Made by a program: the position numbers and the translations under genes. The notes under the pieces are model-generated. The model saw only the letters and a list, made by a program, of their open reading frames with translations. It was not told where the DNA came from and ran no database searches. DNA of 64,000 nt from a virus, in the IMG/VR virus record IMGVR_UViG_3300032241_002679, positions 32,001 to 96,000 of that record; one strand, given 5' to 3'. Shown piece after piece: positions 49,950-58,633 of this stretch. Each line of letters begins with the position of its first letter. Position 1 is the stretch's first letter.

Positions 49950-50807
49950 ATGAAAAAAAACTATGTAAATGGTGCATTGGCACCAAGTGCTGTGATTTGT
50001 ATTAACAAATCCAGACTAAAAATCTATCACAAAGAAAGTAATCCGACCTATTATCTAGAAAATGGTCAGGAATTCTCAATTGAACTTCACAATCCAACTC
50101 ACAATACCGTTCTAGCTAAAATAGAGCTTAATGGTAAGCAGATCTCACAGGGTGGTATAGTATTAAGGCCAGCAGAAAGAATCTTCCTAGAGCGTTATAT
50201 AGACGTTCCTAATAAGTTTAAATTTGAGACATATAAGGTCTCAAATACTAAAGAAAATAGGGAAGCAATAAAGGAAAATGGGGATATTGTCGTTAGGTTT
50301 TATAATGAATCAACACCATATACCACATATACATATAATCCAATCCTTACCAATGGTACATATTATAATAATAATTTACAATATTATTATAATAACCCTA
50401 ACTTTACTACTGCATCACCTAAGTTTACGGTAACTACTACCAATGGAATTGCTACTAGTGGTTCTTATAGTGCATTAAATGCATTAAACACTACCAATAC
50501 CTTTAATTCATCTGGTACATTGAATATGACCACAATGGATGCTTTTGCTGGTAACGCTACAAGTAATTATACATCATCAATAGAGACTGGTCGTGTTGAA
50601 GGTGGAAGTGATTCAAATCAGAAATTTCAATTTGTAAACAAAATGTTTGATAATTATCCGTTTTTTACTGTTGAATATAAATTACTACCATTTTCCAATA
50701 AAATTAATACTGTGGGGGATATTAATGTTAAAAGATATTGTCACAATTGTGGGGCAAAATTAAAATCAGAATACAAATATTGTCCACACTGTTCTGTAAA
50801 AATATAA
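49950..50807 (+). CDS. Hypothetical protein with a C-terminal zinc ribbon
   Basis: 285 aa; CHNCG...CPHC at the C-terminus; T/N-rich linker. Confidence 0.8.
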   Translation: MKKNYVNGALAPSAVICINKSRLKIYHKESNPTYYLENGQEFSIELHNPTHNTVLAKIELNGKQISQGGIVLRPAERIFLERYIDVPNKFKFETYKVSNTKENREAIKENGDIVVRFYNESTPYTTYTYNPILTNGTYYNNNLQYYYNNPNFTTASPKFTVTTTNGIATSGSYSALNALNTTNTFNSSGTLNMTTMDAFAGNATSNYTSSIETGRVEGGSDSNQKFQFVNKMFDNYPFFTVEYKLLPFSNKINTVGDINVKRYCHNCGAKLKSEYKYCPHCSVKI

Positions 50808-50827
50808 ATAAATAATTGAGTTAACGT

Positions 50828-50856
50828 AAAAAGCTGAGATTTACTCAGCTTTTTTT
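50828..50856. terminator. Bidirectional intrinsic terminator between convergent genes
   Basis: AAAAAGCTGAG-attta-CTCAGCTTTTTTT. Confidence 0.85.
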
Positions 50857-50859
50857 AAT

Positions 50860-51258
50860 TTAAACGGTATATTTAATTTTGTCATCATCCGCAACATTTG
50901 TCTTTAATTCTGATTTTTGAAGTATTTTAATAGCGTTATCTATAGATATTATTTTAAACATAGTAAAAGGAACAATACCATCCCATACTACCTCTTCTGC
51001 ATAACCATATTTTGGCAATTTATTCGTCTTAAATAATATAGCAACTTGTCTTTTTTCATTCTTTGGTAAAACAGCACCTTTATTATATATTCCCCATTTT
51101 GCTGAAACCGCCCATGTACTAAAACCATCCTTACCTAATGATTTTTTATCAATTATATTTTTACTATTTTCTAATGTAGTAAAATGTATAAACATATCAT
51201 CACTTAAACTTTTTTTAATTAGTTCTTCTTTTAATATTTTTTTTATGAACAATTTCAT
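50860..51258 (-). CDS. Hypothetical protein, possible head-packaged protein
   Basis: ATG 51258 gives MKLFIKKILKEE; ATATTTAT at 51263-51270 upstream. Confidence 0.65.
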   Translation of the reverse strand: MKLFIKKILKEELIKKSLSDDMFIHFTTLENSKNIIDKKSLGKDGFSTWAVSAKWGIYNKGAVLPKNEKRQVAILFKTNKLPKYGYAEEVVWDGIVPFTMFKIISIDNAIKILQKSELKTNVADDDKIKYTV

Positions 51259-51282
51259 AATAATAAATATTGTCTTTAAAAC

Positions 51283-51310
51283 AAAAAAGCCCCACATAAG
51301 TAGGGCTTTT
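51283..51310 (-). terminator. Intrinsic terminator after the major capsid gene
   Basis: aaaagccc...gggctttt stem with a U tract on the - strand. Confidence 0.75.
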
Positions 51311-51331
51311 AAGTTTATATTCTTGAATCGA

Positions 51332-53224
51332 TTATCTCAATTCAGCTACATTAAATGTAACCACACCATCAACTCTAACACCAGCATAGAATCTGTTATT
51401 AACAGATTTCTTAGCATAACGTGTCATGATACCTTTAACAGGAGCAAAGTTGAAAGGATTGTACATAGTTGGGGTTAATTGCAATGGCACATATGGCGCA
51501 TAGATATAACCAGTATCCAACAATGATTTACCTTTATGACCTACAATGACACTGTAAGCAGGAGAATAAGGGTCACGATACACTTGGTAACGACCACTCA
51601 ATGTTCCAATTCTTTCAATACCCATGTTATATTGGTCTTGCTCAGGGTTAGCATCACTTACGTGGAAATATTCAAGATCATCGAATATTGCAGAAATTTC
51701 TGAAGATACTACGATGAAGTTTGCACCACCACGCAATGTTGATTTATGAATTTGTGCGCTAAGTTGATTAATCTTAGTGATAAGAGTTTGGTTCCAGTCT
51801 TTTTGTGTATAAGGACTAGCAGCTGAAGAAGCTTTTCTCCAACCATTATAATCCCAACGCAATTGCCAAGCACCAAGTTTACGTAAATCTCTAAGGATTT
51901 CACGGTCAATTTCAGCAGCAATTTGTTCAGACAACATAGCAGTCAATTCAGCTTCAGCGTCAATGTTATGGAAAGCACTAACGTCTTGAGCCAATTCAGG
52001 TGACCACGTTGCTCTTAATTTTCTTTCTTCAACAGCCACAACAACTTCTTGAAGTGTGAAGGTAACTTCTCCAAGTTCTGTTTCAAGTTCCAAAGAACTA
52101 TATTCAGCCCATGCAAAAGAGAAAATATTAGTATATGCTGATGCTGTAGAACCAGAAGCTCCTACATAACCATCATAAGTTGATGTACCGTTAACGGCAG
52201 CACCAGTAGCAGATGTACCAACTGGATGTCTAAGATCCATCTCAATATATATTACACCTTGTGGTGATGTTAATGAACCTTTATTTTGAACAATAGCCTT
52301 ACCATATTGTTGAGTTACTACTCTGAAAGGAACTTCTTTATTAGCAGCAACAATAACGTTATTATCTTGGTCCAAAATGTTTGAAGAAGTAACACAGTGT
52401 AATGAAGCTAAGAAAGATTCAGTATCCATGTTATTACCATCTGGTCCTGTTAATACTTCAGTACCATTAGAACCACCAGCACCGCCACTAAATCCACTTA
52501 AACCGATAATTACACCTCTCAATGAACCATCAGTACTTGTAGGTAAAGAAGAAGCTGGAGCAGCTACATTAAGATTACCAGTTGAATCAAATGTATAAGC
52601 GTTTAATGAAACACCAGTACCTGCACCAGAAGTTTTAATAGTCAAAGTACCTTTAGAATTATCAAACAAGCCATCATTGTAGAAAATATCATACAAATTT
52701 TTAGCATAGAATTGAGTTAATGGTGTGTTATTTGTAGCTTTTACTACTGCATAAGGTAATGCAGCATTTGTAGCAGAACCATTGTGTTCACCATTCAATC
52801 CAGTATGTGCTGAATATGTTGTACCATATACATCACTACTTGAAGTTGTGCTATAATCATTTCCTGCAACACCACCACCGTCAACACGGCTAGATGTCTG
52901 AGGTACGAAGTAGAACAATTTACCGATAGGCATGTTCATTGCTTGAACAGATACGATATCGTTAGCCAATAATTTAGAGAATACTCTTCTCACAATTGGG
53001 AATACAACTGTTTCGAAAGAACCTGATGAAGTAGCAGTTGTAGACTCATTCAAAAGCGTTGATGCTTGGTTCTCATATAATTGGGCAATGTTTTCTTTTA
53101 CATGACCTTTAAGGCCTTCCAAGAATCCCAAGCTATCCCATTTTGCTTGAGTTTCTTTACGGATTGCTTTCATATGGTTCAATCCGATGTTACCAACTTG
53201 TCCTGATGTTAATAAATGTGACAT
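51332..53224 (-). CDS. Major capsid protein (T4 gp23-like)
   Basis: PIVRRVF...DIVSVQAMNMPIG, RKLRATWSPELAQD, AEIDREIL, YAPYVPL, GIMTRY. Confidence 0.95.
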   Translation of the reverse strand: MSHLLTSGQVGNIGLNHMKAIRKETQAKWDSLGFLEGLKGHVKENIAQLYENQASTLLNESTTATSSGSFETVVFPIVRRVFSKLLANDIVSVQAMNMPIGKLFYFVPQTSSRVDGGGVAGNDYSTTSSSDVYGTTYSAHTGLNGEHNGSATNAALPYAVVKATNNTPLTQFYAKNLYDIFYNDGLFDNSKGTLTIKTSGAGTGVSLNAYTFDSTGNLNVAAPASSLPTSTDGSLRGVIIGLSGFSGGAGGSNGTEVLTGPDGNNMDTESFLASLHCVTSSNILDQDNNVIVAANKEVPFRVVTQQYGKAIVQNKGSLTSPQGVIYIEMDLRHPVGTSATGAAVNGTSTYDGYVGASGSTASAYTNIFSFAWAEYSSLELETELGEVTFTLQEVVVAVEERKLRATWSPELAQDVSAFHNIDAEAELTAMLSEQIAAEIDREILRDLRKLGAWQLRWDYNGWRKASSAASPYTQKDWNQTLITKINQLSAQIHKSTLRGGANFIVVSSEISAIFDDLEYFHVSDANPEQDQYNMGIERIGTLSGRYQVYRDPYSPAYSVIVGHKGKSLLDTGYIYAPYVPLQLTPTMYNPFNFAPVKGIMTRYAKKSVNNRFYAGVRVDGVVTFNVAELR

Positions 53225-53244
53225 AGTGTTATTTGTTTTTTTTT

Positions 53245-54693
53245 TTAATACTTATCTTTATTTTCAACTCTCTTAATCAAATCTTTAATTCTTTGAGTTG
53301 AAGGGTCAACATATGCATTTGCTTCGTTTAATTGTTTTGAAGTGCTACTTGTGACCTCTTTTATTATTTTGTTCCCTAAAGCTTCATTTATTGGTTTTCT
53401 TGTACCCAATTCATTAGCAATAGTCTTGTATAATTTTTTAGATTCTTTAAGGTTTGTTACTTCCTCATCAAATCTTTGAATTATTTTTTTCTTTTCATCC
53501 TTAGTAGTAGAGTGTTCCATAAACAATTTAGTTACGTAACTTAAATTGCTATTGAATACAACTGTTTCTACTAACATGCTTCTGAACTTCTTAAGAGCCT
53601 TTCTGAACTCTTCATTTTCGTTCTTAAGTTGTGTAGCTTCGTTCAACAATTTCTTGTATTTTACTTCGGCTTCAGAAACAATAGACTTTGTGGAACTTTT
53701 AGATTCTGTTTTAATTGCACCATATTCCTGACCGAATTTAGCACCAGCGCCTTTTGGTTGCCCAATATCAGCACCAGCACCACCCTTGTGACGGGATTGA
53801 GCATTTCCGACTGGAATGGCTTCTTCAACAACATCTTCATCTTCCTGATCAACTTCAGTTATTGATTCATCTTCTTCATCTTCTTCAGCCTCTGTCATTG
53901 ATTCATCTTCTTCAGTTTCTGTAATGTTGTCTTTAGGATTACCTTTTTTTGTGGGTTTCATTTCATCATGGTCGGCACCTTTCATATGTTCTTTGATTTC
54001 AGATTCGTCTTCCTCATCTTCTTCCTCATCTTCCTCTTCTTCTTCATCATCTTCATTAGGTTCCTCATCCATATCAATTTCATATGTTAGGCCTTCATCC
54101 TCATTATCCATGTCTTCCATTTCTTCCATGTCTTCTTCGCCAGATGTCTCCATACCAAGGTCTCCCTTTTTGACGATGTACTCACCTGGTTCAGAAATGT
54201 TGAGATGAATTTCATCTCCCACGATTTCAATTTCATCATCACCACTCAATTTCTTGTAGATAGCAATAACGTCATCATCTGATGCACCTGTCATGTCTAA
54301 TTCATCCCCTCCAAACGCATCTGCGTCCATTCCTGCTTCTTGGTCTTCTGGACCAACTTCAGCTGAGGCTGGAATCTCGGTGTCATCATCACTGTCCATG
54401 GCTTCAGGTTCGTCATCAATTGTTACATCTCCTTTATCACCAATTTCATCAGAAGGCTCATCACCATCTTTTTCAATTGGTTCATCAGTTTCAGTTTCAT
54501 CTGATTCCATACCATCATCATCAACAGCTTCTTCTTCGTAATCACTTTCTTCTTTAAGTGATTCTTTCACAACACCATCAATTTCTTCTTTCGCAACGGA
54601 ACGAAGTATTTCTTTGGTATTGGCATTTAAAGCCTCTTGAATTTTTTTCAAATCCAAAATAGCTCCTTCTAAAATTTCTTTTTTTTCTGCCAT
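53245..54693 (-). CDS. Prohead core/scaffold protein (gp22-like position)
   Basis: Very acidic centre and coiled-coil C-terminus; lies between the protease and capsid genes. Confidence 0.75.
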   Translation of the reverse strand: MAEKKEILEGAILDLKKIQEALNANTKEILRSVAKEEIDGVVKESLKEESDYEEEAVDDDGMESDETETDEPIEKDGDEPSDEIGDKGDVTIDDEPEAMDSDDDTEIPASAEVGPEDQEAGMDADAFGGDELDMTGASDDDVIAIYKKLSGDDEIEIVGDEIHLNISEPGEYIVKKGDLGMETSGEEDMEEMEDMDNEDEGLTYEIDMDEEPNEDDEEEEEDEEEDEEDESEIKEHMKGADHDEMKPTKKGNPKDNITETEEDESMTEAEEDEEDESITEVDQEDEDVVEEAIPVGNAQSRHKGGAGADIGQPKGAGAKFGQEYGAIKTESKSSTKSIVSEAEVKYKKLLNEATQLKNENEEFRKALKKFRSMLVETVVFNSNLSYVTKLFMEHSTTKDEKKKIIQRFDEEVTNLKESKKLYKTIANELGTRKPINEALGNKIIKEVTSSTSKQLNEANAYVDPSTQRIKDLIKRVENKDKY

Positions 54694-54827
54694 TGTATTT
54701 TTTTTTATTTTTCTATTATAATTTGTATTTGCAGTTGCAGATACTTTTCAATAAAATAATGGGAATTATCCACTTACATAATAAATATGTCTTATTTATC
54801 AAAAAATCATTTTAAGATTAAAATATT

Positions 54828-56633
54828 TTAATCTATTAAAAATCTATCGATACTTTCTATCAAACGTTCCTTTTTGATAATTCTGTTTTCTACGTATGGT
54901 TTTGATTCTTCACGATTTTTAAATACCCATGACCCTGGCGTACTTGGAGCAGTAACAACATCCCAACAAATCAATTCAAAGTCATCTTGTACAATTAAAT
55001 CACCCTTGACTTCTTTAAGACTACCAACACCCCTTGATGATACACCAATCATTATATTATGACGTAATAAATCTGCTACTAAATCTCCTTTAGTAGATAC
55101 TATACCATAAGTCTGATATCCTTTAGTCATGAGGATTTCCATCTTACCCATTAGGGTATGATCCTCCCACCATGTTTCAATAATATTGTGTGAAATTCTA
55201 TCCGCTGAAATAACGCTTGATTCTGGGTGGTCACAATTATGTGTCCATGCAGATGCGTTGTTATATCTCATAAGCCATGTGTTATTAGGTACAGAGACAC
55301 AATAAACATTATCATTAATTTTTTCTAATTCTGCTTTTATAAACCTATTATCTAATGATATACTTGAAGAATTTTTTTCGGATACTATATACAATGGTTT
55401 TGAATTAGAGGCTAATATCTTTCTTTTAATTTTTTTACTTATGACTGAAACAGTTCCATTTTCATCCTCAACTTCATTTTCAACTTCATTATCAATAATG
55501 TACCTATCAGTTTGTATTCTAGTATTAATTGAAGCACCACTACCTAATTTTAATATTATTTCATAGACATCATCAGCTAATTTTTTGGATGTTGTATAAT
55601 ACTCTCTGAGTAGTTCTCCCTTCAAATTATGCCTATTTCTTCCGTCACCCATTAACAACCATTCAAATAATATATTTAATATTTCAACACTCCAATTTTT
55701 AGCATAATTTGGAATATACTTTTCCCAAGAATTTCCTAAAACTTTTAAATGTTCATATAAATTTTTATCTGTTATAATGAATTGTCTATTATTTGATACC
55801 CTATATTTAAATGGTAATCTATTAAGTAGCTCTATTAATTTTTCTTGTTGAACTGATTTGGTCTGTGTTATAATAACATTATTTATAGTTTTACCGCCAC
55901 GGCTACCAGAAGTATGCCCCTCAGCAATAAAAATACCTAAAAATGCAGCCCAATCTTTTATATCTATTTTAATATCTGTATTTGGTAAAATGAAAAATTC
56001 TTCATTTTTACCATTCCAATTACCACCATAATGAATAGAGGAATGAGATAATGTAGAATTTTTATTTTTCAATTTCTCATAAAATTCAATAGCTGTTAAT
56101 TCATATGGTTTATTATACCTATCCCAAAGAATCATTTTATGGTTCTTTGTTAATTTCATATCTAAAGAACATTTTTTATTATATATGTGAACTAATTCGT
56201 CATTATATTTTTTTTCAATTGTATATGAAATTGGCTGTAATTCAATCTCATTTTTATTTACATTAAGTGTAAAAATTTTCTCACCAGCTACAACATCTGT
56301 TATATTTTTCCAGCCAGTACTTGTCAATATTTCTGTGTCTCTGGTAACACATTCACCGACAGCTCTTCTTTCTCTTATATTTTGTTGATAAATTTCATTC
56401 TGTTTTCTTAGAATATCTTCTGGATATATTCTACCGTTACGGTTTTTTACATTGTATTTTTGAAGAACGACATATACTATTAATTTGTCTGAAGTACTAG
56501 ATTTTAAATCTATTTTTTCAAATTCACGTATAATATTTTTATTTCTTTCATCCAATGGTGAAATAAACCCTGCATCCCCTTCAATTAAAAATCCATAACC
56601 AGTTTCATTAGCCTTTAATATTTTTATATCCAT
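54828..56633 (-). CDS. Prohead protease (T4 gp21-like) containing an intein
   Basis: KNRNGRIYP, AVGE|...|CDHP, RISH, GVSSRGVGS, WDVVTAPSTPG; ATG 56633 preferred. Confidence 0.92.
   Translation of the reverse strand: MDIKILKANETGYGFLIEGDAGFISPLDERNKNIIREFEKIDLKSSTSDKLIVYVVLQKYNVKNRNGRIYPEDILRKQNEIYQQNIRERRAVGECVTRDTEILTSTGWKNITDVVAGEKIFTLNVNKNEIELQPISYTIEKKYNDELVHIYNKKCSLDMKLTKNHKMILWDRYNKPYELTAIEFYEKLKNKNSTLSHSSIHYGGNWNGKNEEFFILPNTDIKIDIKDWAAFLGIFIAEGHTSGSRGGKTINNVIITQTKSVQQEKLIELLNRLPFKYRVSNNRQFIITDKNLYEHLKVLGNSWEKYIPNYAKNWSVEILNILFEWLLMGDGRNRHNLKGELLREYYTTSKKLADDVYEIILKLGSGASINTRIQTDRYIIDNEVENEVEDENGTVSVISKKIKRKILASNSKPLYIVSEKNSSSISLDNRFIKAELEKINDNVYCVSVPNNTWLMRYNNASAWTHNCDHPESSVISADRISHNIIETWWEDHTLMGKMEILMTKGYQTYGIVSTKGDLVADLLRHNIMIGVSSRGVGSLKEVKGDLIVQDDFELICWDVVTAPSTPGSWVFKNREESKPYVENRIIKKERLIESIDRFLID
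55236..56351 (-). mobile_element. Intein (372 aa) with a LAGLIDADG-type endonuclease, in the prohead protease
   Basis: VGE|CVTRDTEILTSTGWK...LTKNHKM...LGIFIAEG...LLMGDG...VYCVSVPN...WTHN|CDHP. Confidence 0.92.
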
Positions 56634-56669
56634 AGATAATTTTATTATAATAAATATGCTAATGGACAT

Positions 56670-56698
56670 AAAAAAAACGCCAAATAGTTTTGGCGTTT
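56670..56698 (-). terminator. Intrinsic terminator
   Basis: aaacgccaaa / tttggcgttt stem with a U tract on the - strand. Confidence 0.75.
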
Positions 56699-56721
56699 AA
56701 TTTTTAATTTTTATTTTATCT

Positions 56722-57165
56722 TTATTTTTTTCTTTTATGAAATTCAAAAATTTTATTATTCTCAAAAGATTTACTAATGACATGATTAATTACTTCTTCA
56801 ATCTTTGGTTTAATTATTTCTGAATTTATTGGTATTTCAGTATCCATAAATAATGTTATTTCGCAATTTAAATAACTCTTTTTACCAAATTTTACACCTG
56901 ATTTTCTTATGTCAAAATCAACAATTGTATAATCTTTCATAAATGGTGTAAAGAGATTTTTTTTAATAAAATCATAGATATTTTGTCTAATACATTTATC
57001 AAAATTTTTGATGATTCTATTATAATTAATATTATCATTAATGAGGGGTTCAACCCATGAAGAAATATTAATATATAATGCTTTAGGGTTTTTATTGTTT
57101 ACTGTTCCATAAACAATATTATAATTTTTAAAAACGTCTAACTTAAGTTCTTTTCCATATTTCAT
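56722..57165 (-). CDS. Hypothetical phage protein
   Basis: ATG 57165 gives MKYGKELKL; has its own promoter and terminator. Confidence 0.7.
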   Translation of the reverse strand: MKYGKELKLDVFKNYNIVYGTVNNKNPKALYINISSWVEPLINDNINYNRIIKNFDKCIRQNIYDFIKKNLFTPFMKDYTIVDFDIRKSGVKFGKKSYLNCEITLFMDTEIPINSEIIKPKIEEVINHVISKSFENNKIFEFHKRKK

Positions 57166-57182
57166 ACCTGGTATTTTTTCCA

Positions 57183-57211
57183 AGTATAGACAAAATTTTT
57201 GGTAGTGTCAA
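57183..57211 (-). promoter_or_regulatory. Near-consensus host-type promoter TTGACA-N17-TATACT
   Basis: Reverse complement reads TTGACA ctaccaaaaattttgtc TATACT tg. Confidence 0.7.
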
Positions 57212-57216
57212 GGAAT

Positions 57217-57561
57217 TTATTTCATTTTTGCCCAATAAATAATAATAAACCCCATTACAATTTGAATAAAAGTTATAATAGCAATAGTAGCAACCCATTT
57301 ATTCTTTTGTTTATAAATTTCGTCTTTTGCTTCTTTCATTTGTATTGGTGACCATACATCAGTCACTTTCTCAATCCATAATTTTTGGTCTATTACCAAT
57401 CTTTCAGTATTTTTTAAATCAGATAGTGTTGAAGTCATTTCTTGAAAACGAGTATCTATTTCTTCTCTCATTTTCTCATAATTATCATTTAATCTTTCTA
57501 GTTCCTTTAATACTAATTTGCTGTAATCACCCCACGTTTCATTTTTTTCTGGCGTTGACAT
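57217..57561 (-). CDS. Coiled-coil protein with one C-terminal TM helix
   Basis: WVATIAIITFIQIVMGFIIIYW. Confidence 0.65.
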   Translation of the reverse strand: MSTPEKNETWGDYSKLVLKELERLNDNYEKMREEIDTRFQEMTSTLSDLKNTERLVIDQKLWIEKVTDVWSPIQMKEAKDEIYKQKNKWVATIAIITFIQIVMGFIIIYWAKMK

Positions 57562-57562
57562 G

Positions 57563-57805
57563 TTAAGTAAATTTAAATCTATTTAATATTATTTGTATTT
57601 TAGAACAAATTTTTTCATAACATTTAAGCCTAATTTCTTTATCAGTATTCAGACTCGGATTTTCAGTTTCTAAAACTTTTTTTATTTCATTAATTACATT
57701 TTTATACTTTTCCTCTTCATCATGCTCAGTTTTTTCATACTGACAAATTCTGTCTGATAACTCTTTTAATTTTAAAATATTTGTATTTGAGAAATTAGAA
57801 ACCAT
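57563..57805 (-). CDS. Hypothetical protein
   Basis: 80-aa ORF in the operon. Confidence 0.6.
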   Translation of the reverse strand: MVSNFSNTNILKLKELSDRICQYEKTEHDEEEKYKNVINEIKKVLETENPSLNTDKEIRLKCYEKICSKIQIILNRFKFT

Positions 57806-57819
57806 AGTATTATAATTTT

Positions 57820-58587
57820 TTAATTAATAAGATTATTTTTAAGATCAATTAATTTTATTATTTTTTCAAGTAATTGATTTTCATTAATATTTTTATCTTT
57901 TAATAATTTTTCTTTTACTTTTATTAATTTATCCTTTGATTCTTCATTTGTATTTTCCAATAAATTATTTACCAATTCAAGACATTCATTAACGGTTTTA
58001 TTATAATATTCTTTTTTAGAATTTAAATCAGAATTTAATAACACTTTTAATAGTTCTTTATCCTCTAAATCTAAATCAGCATATTTTTCATTATATTTCT
58101 CAACCATTATCTTTGTTATAAGACTATTTGGTAAATCAATACTTTCATTAATTTTTGGTAATTCATTATTATTAATATAATTAATAATATTTTTAAGTTC
58201 ATTAGTTATTTTGTCTACATTGTTAGCATTAGATTCCGTTAATATTAAATAAGATAATGATTCATGAAGTTTATTATCCTCAGTTTTATTTAATTTTTTA
58301 TTCTCCAATAAATTTAATAATTTTTTATTTTCCTCTAAAATATCATGAACTTTATATTTTTTTAAAATTTTAATATTTTCTGATACATATAGTGCAGCAG
58401 AATTAAAATCTTTCTCTATCTTAGTTTCAATATTATTATAGACTAAAAACTGATCTTTTAATATTTCACTTTCTTTTATAGTCTTTAAATATTTTTTAAA
58501 AAGATTTTTGCTCTTCTTATCCTTTTTTATAATTCCGTCAATAAGAATATTATTGAAAATTGTCTTTATATTACCAAAATCTTGCAT
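57820..58587 (-). CDS. Hypothetical head-module protein
   Basis: 255 aa, directly downstream of the portal; ATATTTAT at 58607-58614 upstream. Confidence 0.7.
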   Translation of the reverse strand: MQDFGNIKTIFNNILIDGIIKKDKKSKNLFKKYLKTIKESEILKDQFLVYNNIETKIEKDFNSAALYVSENIKILKKYKVHDILEENKKLLNLLENKKLNKTEDNKLHESLSYLILTESNANNVDKITNELKNIINYINNNELPKINESIDLPNSLITKIMVEKYNEKYADLDLEDKELLKVLLNSDLNSKKEYYNKTVNECLELVNNLLENTNEESKDKLIKVKEKLLKDKNINENQLLEKIIKLIDLKNNLIN

Positions 58588-58633
58588 TTTAAATTATTTA
58601 TATTTAATAAATATCATTATTAGATTAAAAGAA

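Larger units (their letters stand above)
49846..50830. repeat. Inverted repeat flanking one gene (49846-49865 / 50811-50830; 19/20 match, 15 bp perfect)
   Basis: tttacgttaactcaagtatt versus aataattgagttaacgtaaa. Confidence 0.85.

Noticed and set aside
53546-54557. Antisense Ser-rich ORFs opposite the scaffold gene
   Set aside because: By-product of GAA/GAT-rich codons on the coding strand.
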